A stretch of DNA of 64,000 nucleotides from Vicugna vicugna (Eukaryota). Below are positions 26,136 to 37,703 of this stretch, one piece after another. The stretch lies in assembly GCA_013265495.1 (NCBI GenBank), contig MU058065.1:3077003-3141002 (forward strand), read 5' to 3'. Below the pieces are notes generated by a model that was not told the origin of the DNA, ran no database searches, and saw only the letters and a list, made by a program, of their open reading frames with translations. The first letter of the stretch is position 1; every line of letters begins with the position of its first letter. The translations under genes were made by a program, and so were the position numbers.

Positions 26136-28032
26136 GCATGTACATGGTAGTCCCCATGGATCCTATAGTCACATGCCCATTGCTGCTACTCTGCCAGAAA
26201 ATGGATCTCTTGTTTGCAGATCAGTGTCATGCAGGATTCCATGATGGCAAATGAGATAGTCTTTGAGCCCTCAGATTGTGGTGCTGGCAAGACTCAGTAG
26301 GCAGGATTGGCAGACCTATACCCAGGTTAAGTATCAGCCCCAGTAGGGACAAATTACTGCCTTATACTCTGGTAGAAAGAAAACCCTGAGGTGGAGATTC
26401 ACAGGTGCCATCAGCATTCACTGGACATGTGGATGCCAAGGGGGTATGTGCAGGACACCACCACTAAGATACACAATCAACGGTGTCTGCCATTTATCCT
26501 TTTGTTTAAAGAAAAAATAAACTAGAATATATTTCAAGACATTTTTCCAGTTACTGAATTTCAAGGAAAGAATCAGGAGAATTCTAAGAGATCCTGTGTC
26601 CTTCTGGGAAGTCCTTTCTAGGAAGTCCTTTTCAACACAGGCACCAGCTTCAGAAGGGATGCACATGGTTGATCATGGGCTGAGACATCACAGTGTAGCC
26701 TTTATAAAGATCTCTAGGAATTGAGATTCTCAACTCAGTGTCTTTAATGACACTGGATTCCATAAACACTCAAGCAATGTGTTAATTCTTCAATTTTAAG
26801 TAATTTAATTTTGTTCCACTTTAGTGATTAAGAACCTACCATCTTCCTTTTAATAACCCTTCATATTCATGAAATACTTTAAATTCCTCTCTTTCTTTTC
26901 CAGGCTAGACTATCTTTTTTTCTTTAAGCTCTTTTCCAAATGACATATCTTCTATTCATTCAGTGATTTGTATTGTTCTTCTCTCTTCTTCATCATTCAG
27001 AGAACAAAACAAAATATTTAAACTTTAACAAGGGCCTGACAGTTGTAAAATATATCAAAAGAGTCCCTTCCCAGACCTTACCTACCAGAATGCCAGTAAA
27101 ATAGCCTAAAATTAGTTAGCTTTTTAAAGTAACCACATATACTTTTTCATTCCTGGTTCATTTTGATTAATGAAAATTTCCAGTTAAAGCAGTGTATGTT
27201 TATTAGCTACACATTCTTGTATGTCTAAAAGTCTCTTCAAATCCATTATTGAGCTTGTTTGCTGTTCTATGTATGAATCTCCGAATATTCAGCCTCTTAT
27301 GTTATTTTTATTAAACATCTGTAATTTATCAATTCACATGACTCTCCTTTCCATCTTATATCTGTAAAGAACTCTGCATTGAGGCAATTATATTGAACTC
27401 TCCAGAATAGTTGGGTTTTTATTATTTTTTAAAGACATTCTAGAATAGAGACTCAATATATTTGATTAAAAAGAGATAATATAGAGTATCAGTTAGAATT
27501 AAGTTTGTCTTTCTATAACTGAGAATGCAAATTAATAGTGGCTAAAACACACAAAGATTTTTATTCCACATAAAACAAGTATGGAACTAAGTAGTCCAGG
27601 ACTAGTATAGCAATACCATAAAGTCATCAAGGACACAAGATGCTTTTTTCTGTTCTGCCATTCTCAGTGTGTAACTTCTTCATATGTGACTTCCATATTC
27701 CATGTCATAAAATAACTGCTGGAGCTCCAGCCATCACATCCACATTCCAGGCATCAAGAAGGAAGAAAAGAAGAATGTAAAAGGCAGTTTAGAGAAAGAG
27801 TGTGTGGCAATAGAGAGCAACTGTTCTACATTTTTCTGATTAAGAGCCTTCATACAATTGTGAAATAAGTAAAAAATCCCTAAGCCTTCCCTTCTCAAGA
27901 ACTATGTGTCTTAATTCCTTTTAGAGTTCCTTACTGAACTTACTTCTCATTCTTTTCATCCTTTTTTTTTTTCTTTTCTCTGGACCTACTGTAATTTCTC
28001 TACATCCTATAAACTTAAAAAAAAAAAAAGTA

Positions 28033-28170
28033 GGGGGAGGATATAGCTCAGTGGTAGAGTGCCTGCCTAGCATGCATCAGGTCCTGGCTTCAATCATCAG
28101 TGCCTCTATTCAAATAAATAAATAAATCTAATTACCTCCTCCTCAAAAATGAAATTAAATTTTAAAAAAT
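28033..28170 (+). mobile_element. tRNA-derived SINE (camelid vic-1-like)
   Basis: ggggaggatatagctcagtggtagag (A box), a degenerate B box and an aaat tail; flanking near-duplicate aatttctctacat(t)c(c/t)tataaa. Confidence 0.85.
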
Positions 28171-29792
28171 TTCTCTACATTCTTATAAAATATTTGGAAG
28201 CCAAACCTGGATTCAATGTCTAATTGAACATTAATTCAACAATATGTAAGTGCCAGCAGATGACAGGTATTGTGCTAGATGCTGCAAATATAGCACTCAT
28301 TAAGACAGAAATGGTTCTGACCTTCAGGGACCCTATACTCTAAGATGAAATCATTATAATAAATAAATAAAACAGTAAACAAGTTAGTTACAGAGTCAAA
28401 AGTGCTCTTTGGACATTTAAACAGGATAACTGAGAGAAAGGAGGAACAAAGACCACTTTGGATAGAGAGGTCAGGGAAAACAACTCTGAGAGGGGACATT
28501 TAAGCCCTTATGAGGAACTGGCTGATATTTTTGGCAGGAAAATCATCTTCCAACTCTAGAGAGCCTCTCCCAGAGACTAGGGACATATTCAAACTCATTC
28601 TTGTATCACGTGGACTTGTCCTGGCCTTTTTACAAATCCTGCCCACTCTGCAGAATTCATAAATATTACAACAAGGAACACAGTCCAATCATCCAAACGT
28701 CCTTTAGATCTTGCTTGGTCATTATGAAACATTTAACGCAAATGTCAAGTGCTCTGTGACACTCCCAAGCAAAATTACTTGTCCCATTCTCTGTGCTTGC
28801 TCACGCTATTGGGTTATCGGTTAGGCCTCTTTGGGTTACCAGGAATAGAAAATGCAAATTAAACTTGCTTAAGCAAATGGAATTTATTTAATTTATTTAA
28901 ATTAAAGGGAGCATATCTGCCTTAGGAGGATCAGAAAAATTCCTCTTAACTCTGTCCATTCCTCAGGTATGCTTCTTTGGTTTCAGTGTTTTCTTCATGC
29001 TGAGCCCCCTACCCCCATGGCAGTGAGGTGGCGGGAGGCCCTGGCAGACTTCTACCACCCTGGAAATTCAGTCTTTTCCCAGAAATCTCATTTCCCTTTG
29101 AGGTATTATATGTCCCTCCTTGCCCAATTTGTGTGTCCACAGCAGTACGCTCTGTCCCTCCAGATCTGACTCATTTGTTCCACTCTGGCATCCTAGGGTG
29201 GGGTTAAGCAATCGACACCTCAGAAGCACTGAAAATGTTAGGAGGTGGGTGTAGATGTCCCACAGGGATATCGGAGTGTGGTTACTAGTAGAAAGGTGAA
29301 AGGTAACAGAAACACCAGGTTGCACTCCAGGAACTTAGCACTTCTCGTGCTGTATTAAATCAGTTATGTTTCTCTCTTCCTCTTACTCCATGATGAGCTG
29401 TTTGAGAAGAATAAACACATCTTCATCTTTTTATTTCCTAAGATATACCCAACATACTGATAGATACAATACCTGTGCCAAGTCAGCTCAATAAACATTT
29501 GCTGAATTCAACTAGTGACTACTGTATACACATACGTAAGCTTAGAGGGTTACATATACCAGTGATGGTGTTTACAGGACATCTGAATCTCCCACAAGAC
29601 ATCAAACTGTTTTTTAAAAGCTTGACTGACTGTCCTCCCACTTCATTTATTTCAGCTGTTTCTTCCGTGATATCTAGTTTATCTTAATAGTCATTCTTTC
29701 TGCAATGAGTTCATTCCTGTATATTTTTTTCCCTCAATCATGTATTTCAATCCACATTTAATTTACCATTTCATAGGTCTTCTAATCTCTTC

Positions 29793-29960
29793 CAGCCAAA
29801 GTGTGCTCCACGGAAGAGCAGCATCAGCATCACCAGGGAGCATGTAAGAAATGCAGACTCTCAGGCCCCACCCCAGACCTACTTGAACTGCTCTGCATTT
29901 TAACAGGATTTTTTAGAGGATGCCCAGACACATTAAAATTTGAGAATCACAAGTCTCCTG
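29793..29960. mobile_element. MER5A-like hAT element
   Basis: agcagcatcagcatcacc...agaaatgcagactctcaggccccaccccagacctact...ctgcattttaaca. A second copy lies at about 38470-38615. Confidence 0.8.
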
Positions 29961-30537
29961 CTCTAGACTTGTACCATATGCTGACGATGTAATAGGTAAC
30001 ATATATGTAATTTAAAATTTTCTTGTAGCCACATTAAAAAATATGGAGAAAACAAGCTACATGAATTTTAATAATAAATTTTATGTAACTCAATATAGCC
30101 CAACTATCATTTCAACTTGTAATTAATATAAAATTTATTAATGATATACTTTTGGGGGGTACTCTTTTAAGCCTGGTGTTGACTTTGTGCTTACAGTTTG
30201 GACTAATCACGTTTTCAAGTGCTCGATAGACATATATGGTTAGTGGCTGCTGTATTGCTCAACACAGCACTGGACTGTAAGATGCCTGAAAATGACAGAC
30301 TATGTGGTTTCGCTTTCCACTGTATCTTAGTGCCTAACACAGTGCCTGATGGGTAGCAGGCACTCAATAAATGTTTGTCAAAGTAACAAATTTGAGAGGA
30401 GATTTAAAATATTTAAACAGCACAGCAAAAGTACTGACCAAACAGAATAGGTCCTCATTCCAATCAAAACTGATACAGTATGTAAACTATCAGTAATGCC
30501 ACATTACAGGGAAGTGGCATAATATCAGCCTAGAAGA

Positions 30538-30724
30538 TAGTTGTCACTGAGTATACGAGGGGGATTGATTCTACCAGCCCCCATGGACACCAAAATCCTA
30601 GGATGCTCAAGTCCTTAATATAAAATGGCATAGTACAATGAAAACAGTCGTCCCTTGAATACCAAGTTATCTGCAGTTGGTTGTATCCATGGAAGTGAAA
30701 TCTGCAGATACAGAGGGCTGCTGT
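30538..30724. mobile_element. Tigger2/MER2-type MITE
   Basis: agttgtc.ct.agtatac.agggggattg...ccaaaatcc..ggatgctcaagtcc...ataaaatggcatagt...gatacagagggctgctg. Confidence 0.75.
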
Positions 30725-31818
30725 GAACTGGTCCAGTCCATTCATATCTCAGGTGAGTGGTTTGTGCATAGTCACACATCCTTTATCACAGGAACCAAGA
30801 TTAGATGATCAGACCTCAACTTCCAACCCAGAGAGGCTTCCACTATATCCATATTCATTCATTAGTGAGCACTTAACTGTATGCAAAACCATCATGCTGG
30901 GCCCAGTGGGGAAAGAGACATGAAGAAGAATGACAGTCATGTGCTTCCAAGAATACCAATTAAGGTCATTTTCATTTCCAATGGAACAAAAACCCAACTC
31001 AAGCTAACTTGTATAAACAAAGACATTTATTCAGTCCTGTAATGGGAACTGTACAGGTTGTGTTGGCTTCTGGAGCTGTCTTCCTTCGTGGGTTGGCTTC
31101 ACCATCCATGGCTTCCCCAGCCCTAAACTACTCTTCCTCAAATCACCAAATCAAGCCCAAGAAAGAACGGCTATCTTTTTCAGAAATCCTGGGAACATCT
31201 CATTGCATGTTGTCGGCCATGATTGGATTCATCTGCCATCACAACCTCAAAAACAGCCCTTATGGTTTGGGAGATAAGATATTCTGCCCACATTAGTCAG
31301 GGTCCATCTCCAGAGCTGAGAGTCGGGGCATCAATGGTAGGGAGTTCATAGGCTTAGAATGGGAAAGAAATTTAAGTAAATGTGCCTCAGATGGGGGAGA
31401 GCCAGCTGGTGTGCCAAACACAGTCACATCCACTCCAGGACCAGTATTTCTTCATTTGACTGTCCCACTTTTGAGAAGGTACAAAGTAATCTGAAATATC
31501 CCCCCTCTCCACCCTCGTCTCTCTCTCTCTCCCCTCCATTTCCCCTCTCTTTCTTTTCCTCTTTCCACACTCTTAAAGGTAGAAGCATCAGATGGACAAA
31601 ATTGCGAATTATGGTCAAAGTCAAGACAGAGAAGCCATTTAATTTTTCTCCATTGCTCCTTCAGATCTTGAAAATCTTTATCATTTGTATTTTTCTTAAT
31701 AAAGACAAGTTTTTAGTCTATAAAATTTTAATGAAGTAAGACCATGCCATAACACACAATTTTAAAAAAAAACTTGTGAAGATTGTTTATTTGCATCTTG
31801 CTAGTTTATTCTTGCTGA

Positions 31819-32279
31819 TGCTGATGGCATGATATCATGTACACATGAACACTGTGCGGAGAGAAGTGAAGCAGTTCTCTGTTTATTGAGTCTTAGAAAA
31901 GGGTTTATATAGGACATGCTCGATGCCTCATATATCATCTAAGTTATAACAATGTTAATAATCTTAAGCTATTTAGATTCCCAGGCTCCAGGTTCCCAGG
32001 CTCCTGCAATAAGCACAGGATGTTACATGATCAAGGACAGATTGCTTGAAAGTTCATCATGAAACTTCATTAAGTCGGCCATCTCTCATCCAGCCGGCTG
32101 TGCCTGTCTTAGGTTGTCCCCCTCTGAGGATCTTATCCATCACTGGCTATCTAGCCATCCATACTGGATACATTAAGTAGGCCATTTCTTCTCCAGCCTG
32201 GATACATGACATTTCTCATAGCTTGTTTATCAGTTCAGCCCATGGCTTATTCTCTAGAGCCTTCAGACAGGGGCCTACA
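31819..32279 (-). repeat. 3' LTR of the provirus (461 bp)
   Basis: Preceded by the PPT AAAAAGGGGGGATA; TATATAAA at 31911-31904 and AATAAA at 31887-31882; about 93% identical to the 5' LTR by manual alignment. Confidence 0.93.
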
Positions 32280-32295
32280 TATCCCCCCTTTTTAT

Positions 32296-34034
32296 TATTT
32301 GAAGCAAGGAAACAATCCTGCTGCGCAGAAGCATGCAATACCATCATAACAAGAGTTTGTTGTTGAGCTTCCTGTTGCTTATGTAACTTACATATTCATT
32401 TTAAAAGATATAACAAGGCAATACAGATCAATATAAGCATGCCAATATTAATAAAAATGCGTAAATTAAGCCCATTAAACCAATTTTCAGGGTTAAGCCA
32501 ATGCAATCCATTTTTAATTTGTTCAAATACATTTTGTGCAAAAGCATCATGGATATTATGTAATTGAGTCTCCAACTGATCTTGTAAAGAGTTAATATGT
32601 TTTCCAAAAAAATCATTAAATGCTCCTTGTAAATGTTGTCTAATCTTATACCATGGTGTCTTTGTTTCATTATATTGAATAGGAGTTACACATTGCATAG
32701 AGAATTGCCAGTCACACTTTAATTTTAATCCTTTTGATATTTCTTGTTGCTGTCCAATCCATTCTATGGCAGCCTCAAGAGCCTGTAGTCTAGCCATGAT
32801 TCCACGATCTATGTCAACCTGTGTTCCTAGCTCTTGAGTTACATTAGTTAAAATGTTCTCAACTGTATGGGCAGTATTAATAGAGGATACTAGAGCTGTT
32901 GTAGCAGCTGCAGCCGTGGCAATTATGAGTATAGCCAATACAATAAAATCAATGTGTGTAGCTATATATCTTTCTGGCCTAACTTTTTTGAAAAACTCTG
33001 ATAGCACATATAAACTTTGCTCATTAGACCAAGTTCTGTTTAGGGTAACTGGTAGCCATACATGAGCTCATCGTTTTAGTAGCATAAGATACATTATAGT
33101 CACTAATATTTTTATGAGTCAAACAATCTGAATACCAGAAAGGAGGAAATAAATTGGTGATATAAACATGGTCAATAGTAGTATTAGGAGGGAAGGGACC
33201 CCAAACTAAAACGTAAGAATGTATAGTGCAAATCATTACAGAATCAGAAACATTGGTAATTAATGACACAGAATAATTGCCTGACCCATTAACATAGCCT
33301 TCATGATAAAGAATTTTGTCAATAAAAGGCAGTCCGAGACTCCAAATGGTCTTATGCATAGGACTAAAAATATTGTTGCCATCAGACAGTTATAAAATGA
33401 GTCCAGAAAGTCCATGTTCATGCCAAGTAATTGGTGCTGAAGAATTTTGTCCAAACTGAAGAGACATGTTATTACTTAACAAATGTTCATGGGGCCCCCA
33501 ATCCAAGAAAGTTTTATTGAACAAGGAGCTATTATGAGGACACTGTATTCTGCAGGGTGACCATTGAACAGAATAAGACTTACATCTCCAATCAGTTTTC
33601 GGTTTACACATGGGGACAGGTGGTACTTGTGATACATTCATAATTTCATAAGTAGTAGTTAATACAGCTGTAATAAAAGTTACATTAGCTCTTGCTTTCC
33701 CTTTTTAGGTTGACAATGAGTACAATTGCTTCTGTAGATTAATATAATCAGTATGTGACTTATTATATACAACACATAAAGGTGGATTTTGAGAATATAG
33801 TGTCAATGTTTAGTTGCTGTGCAGATATTCTTGCGTTGCCACGGAAGGTAACCATGTGCCACCTGTCCAAGCAGAATCATTAGAGGCAAAAGGGGGATCT
33901 GCATGCCACCAAGTTAAAGGTGTGAATAAAGGAGGGTTTGGAACATATGCCCAATAAAATAGACTAAGCTCAGCATGCAAACATGCAAAGAAGAAAGAAG
34001 TAAGTATAAAGGTATAGAACCATACTTTACCCAT
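32296..34034 (-). pseudogene. env: Beta-type retroviral env, disrupted in SU
   Basis: Hydrophobic signal followed by YWAYVPNPP; degenerate furin site RPER followed by a hydrophobic fusion peptide; CX7C (CDWQFSMQC); membrane anchor; TGA at 32396-32398 truncates the cytoplasmic tail. Confidence 0.93.
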
Positions 34035-36650
34035 CTGCAGCTGCCCTTTTCAATGAACTTCTTAACACTCTTCTGGGGTACCCACTTTAATCTAGCACCT
34101 GTATCAATACATAAAGACCCCCTCTCCCAACATTTTATATCAAAAGGCCCTTCCCAAATATCAGCAAATGGTTTTCGTACTTATACATTAACTCCTTTTA
34201 CATCTAAAGGTGGGCTTATAAACTTTTCATCTGGTGTAAATCTATTTAGTCCTCGATTTAAAAAATTAAGTGTAGAAAGTGCATGATGTAATATATTATG
34301 GCTTTCTTGTATTCTATAATTATTCCCCCCCTTTTAATTTATGTAAATAAGATTTTAGTGTTTGATGACATTGTTTAACAATAGCTTGACCAGTGGAATT
34401 GTAAGGAATACCAGTAGTATGGTTAGTTTCCCAATTTTGACAAAACTGTGAAATAATTTTTGCAGAAAACTCAGGACTATTGTTAGTTTTAATCTTGCGG
34501 GGTTTACCTAAAACACTAAAAGCAGATAGCCAATGTCGAATGACGTTGTGGGCATTGCATGTAGTATGCCACCTGGTGTATATAAAATTAGAAAAAGTGT
34601 CCACAGAAACCATGATATATATCAAACGCCTGAAGGAGGGAAACAAGGTGGTGTCTGTTTGCCAAGTTGATTACTCTCAATACCTCTTGGATTAATACCC
34701 TCTAAATTATAATTTGGTTTAGCAATTGTAAATTGATTACATTGTGAGTATGCCTGTATAATTTTTTTTTTGGCTTGTCTTTAGCTATATCATAAATAGC
34801 TCTTAAGGCCTGGACATTGCAATGGTATAAGGCATGAAATTGTTTAGCCTTTATAAATTTACTAATAGCAGGTTGGGTTTGAACATAATTAGATACTATT
34901 TTATCAACATAATTGTTGTTTTTTGACAATGGTCCTGGTAAATTAGTATGAGATCGCATATGAGCAATAAAACAGGGATATTGTCTATTGTGTAGCAAAT
35001 TTTTAATATTTAAAAAATGTTGCAAACATATTTTTGAGGATATTTGAGGCAATATAGCAGTGGTTAATAATGGCATTGCATTTGCCGCATATTGAGAATC
35101 AGTAATTATATTCAAAGGTTTATTAGGTTTCTCTAATAGGGCTAACTCTATTACAGCAATCTCAGCTATCTGAGTACTTTTATGTCCTGTAGTAAATTTT
35201 GAATACCATTGTTTCCCATTAAACCATGTAATGGCAGCCTTGGACGTTTTTTCAGAACCATTAGTAAACAATGTAACTGCCTGCAATAAGAGTTTTTTAG
35301 AAATAATAGTTATTAATTTTAGAGGCACTTGTGTACAAAATTGTAACAGGGGATGTGAATATTTTTTAAATGTAATTTTTTTTAGATAATTTTTTAAAGA
35401 GGCCTGGATATCTTTATTCCTCATAAAATATTCTTGGAATTAGCTGGCAGTACATGGTAAATTTATATTTTGAGGATTTTGTCCCATTAATTGTAAACAG
35501 CGATGTCGAGCTTTGTTTATGAGATCAGCATAGGCATGAAAAGTAGTGGTTAAGGCCCAAGTTAATGAGTGAGACAAATAAACCCACTCTAATAAGAATA
35601 AAATGTCTCTTTTCTGTGCAAGCACCCCTGTAGGTGTCTGAGATGTATTTAAAACAATAAGAATAATAGGTAATTTAGGTTGCAACCTGTGTAAAAATTG
35701 ACAATTTAAAGTTTCAATAACCTTTTCAAATTTTTTGATAGCTTTAGGGGTTAATGTACATAATGAGGCAGGTTTTCTATCTCCTTCCAACAATTGAAAT
35801 AAATGATGTAATTGGACCGTAGGTATTTCTAAAAAGGGTCTGATCCAGTTAATATGTTCTAGCAATTGTTGTAATTGAACTAATGTCATACAAGGCTTGA
35901 TATTTAATTTCATATTGTGTGGCCTAATAGTTTGTGTGTTAATAGTTGTCCCAAGAAATTCCCAAGGTTGCATTTTTTTGTACTTTATCTTGAGCAACAA
36001 AAAGACCCTTAGTTTGTAAAATTGTAAGAGTTTTTTGAAACAGAAGGAGATTAGGTTCATTTTTTATAGCCAGCAAACTGTCATCCATATAATGAAAAAT
36101 ATATGCCTGAGGAAATTGTTGACGTATAGTTTCTAAAATTTTTCTTACTAATTGCTGACATATAGTGGGACTATTTTTCATACCCTGAGGAAGGAATTTC
36201 CATTGATAACATTTAGGAATCTCCTGATTGTTATAGGTAGGAACAGTAAAGGCAAATTTTTTTTTATTACCTTTGTGCAAAGGTAATGATAAAAAATAAT
36301 CCTTTATGTTAATAACAACTAAGGGTCAGGAGTCAAGAATAAGTGAAGGATTGGGTACCCTCTTTTGTAAGGGTCTCATAGGTTGCATTACAGCATTTAT
36401 AGCACGCAAATCTTGCAATAACCTCCATTTTATTTTATTTTTTTTTTGATTACAAAAATGGGTGTGTTTTAATGACTAGTAGAATGTTTTAAATGACCCA
36501 ACTTTAGTTGTTTTGAAACCAATTTTTATAATGCTCGTAGTTTTTCTTTAGGAAGGGGCCATGGCTCCACCCAAACAGGTTGCTGTTGGGTCCGTGTTAG
36601 AGCAATGGGAATAATATTTGGGATGGTAGCTGCAGCCCCTATTAAAAAGG
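34010..36650 (-). pseudogene. pol: Retroviral pol (RT, RNaseH, integrase), multiple stops and frameshifts
   Basis: PVWVEPWPL, WRLLQDLRAIN, FAFTVP, LPQGMKNSPTICQ, YMDD (36080-36091), ITDSQY, HMRSHTNLPGPL, VSVDTFS, HTTGIPYNSTGQAIV. Confidence 0.96.
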
Positions 36651-37420
36651 ATCACTCTTTAAGGTCAGGTTTTACTGAGAAAGAAGGTCCCTACCCCATA
36701 GAGTGCAGGGTATTGGTAATATACAAGGAGTTACAAAGGCCATTTTATTTTTAGGCCCTCGAACCTTTAGTGGGTGAGAACTTATTTTAGGTGCCATCAG
36801 TCTGTCAACTCCTTGATAGTAACATCAGATTTGTGTTTTTGCCAATCAGAAGGCCAATGAAAACTGGAAATAATAGTTTTGTCCACTCCTGTGTCTAATA
36901 ACCCTATAAATTGCTTTTCGTGTATTGAAACTGTTAAAACAGGTCTGTTATCGGTTAATGAATGTGTCCAAAAAGCTTGCTGTCCTGTATGTCCAAAGCC
37001 CTTATCTCCTCTATATTTTCAGCAAAATTTTTGAACAGGTAAATAAGGAATCAAAATAATTTGAGCAATTTGAGACTGCCTAGGAATAATGTAATAAAAA
37101 GAGGCATGAACCATAATTTTAATTTCTCCAGTATAATCATTATCAATAACACCAGGTAAAACTGTTAAGCTTTTTAAGCCCATAGATGATCTCCCTATTA
37201 GCAATCCAAAATACCCGGACGGTAAAGGTCCCCAAACTCCACCAGAGATTAAGTAGGTTTTATTACTGTCATTTATCAATTCATTATCCATAGTCATTAG
37301 ATCTAAACTTGCGCTCCCGGGGGAAGCGGTGATGAGGTCAGAAATGGTGAGATGGATCTTTGGCTGACATTGATTTCCTATATTTGTTTTTGAGGGGCAC
37401 CTGGGAGGGTGCCCTGCTTT
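36640..37420 (-). pseudogene. pro: Retroviral dUTPase-protease (pro), disrupted
   Basis: dUTPase motifs ASPGSASLDL, LIGRSS, VLPGVIDNDYTGEIKIM, IAQIILIP and RGDKGFGHTG; protease LLDTGVD (DTG at 36887-36895); in-frame TGA at 37019-37021. Confidence 0.92.
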
Positions 37421-37491
37421 GAAATAGCCTTTAACAGTTGCTGCATAATATGGAAATAAATCCTCTGCTGTACTGTCAGCTCTTGTCCCAT
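37378..37491 (-). pseudogene. gag: Internally deleted gag remnant (37-aa mini-ORF)
   Basis: ACCATGG start; MGQELTVQQRIYFHIMQQLLKAISKQGTLPGAPQKQI*. The N-terminus resembles betaretroviral MA (MPMV begins MGQEL) and is fused to a Gag C-terminus-like GAPQKQ. Confidence 0.8.
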
Positions 37492-37685
37492 GGTTACATT
37501 GCAGCGCATCTGATACGCTGAAAATCCCCGATATAAATTTGTTCTCTTACTTACATGTAGTCATCGCGCTGATGTCATGCTGCTGCTTAGTAAGCTGTTG
37601 CCCCATGAATATTATCGGCACGACTGTTAGGCTGAAAAATCCCCGAAAATTTCCCCAGTTCCACTTATGTGTTGCCGAGCCTGAT

Positions 37686-37703
37686 ATCACGTCGAGGTCA
37701 CCA
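37686..37703 (-). other. Primer-binding site complementary to tRNA-Trp
   Basis: TGGTGACCTCGACGTGAT, 2 nt after the LTR end; 17/18 identical to the tRNA-Trp PBS TGGTGACCCCGACGTGAT. Confidence 0.88.

Noticed and set aside
28033..28105. tRNA-like sequences (also at about 47035-47105 and 54977-55050)
   Set aside because: These are SINE heads: degenerate stems, shared non-tRNA body, A-rich tails and TSDs.
32296..34034. Possible co-opted env (syncytin-like or restriction gene)
   Set aside because: SU has several frameshifts and stops and the furin site is degenerate, so there is no full-length ORF.
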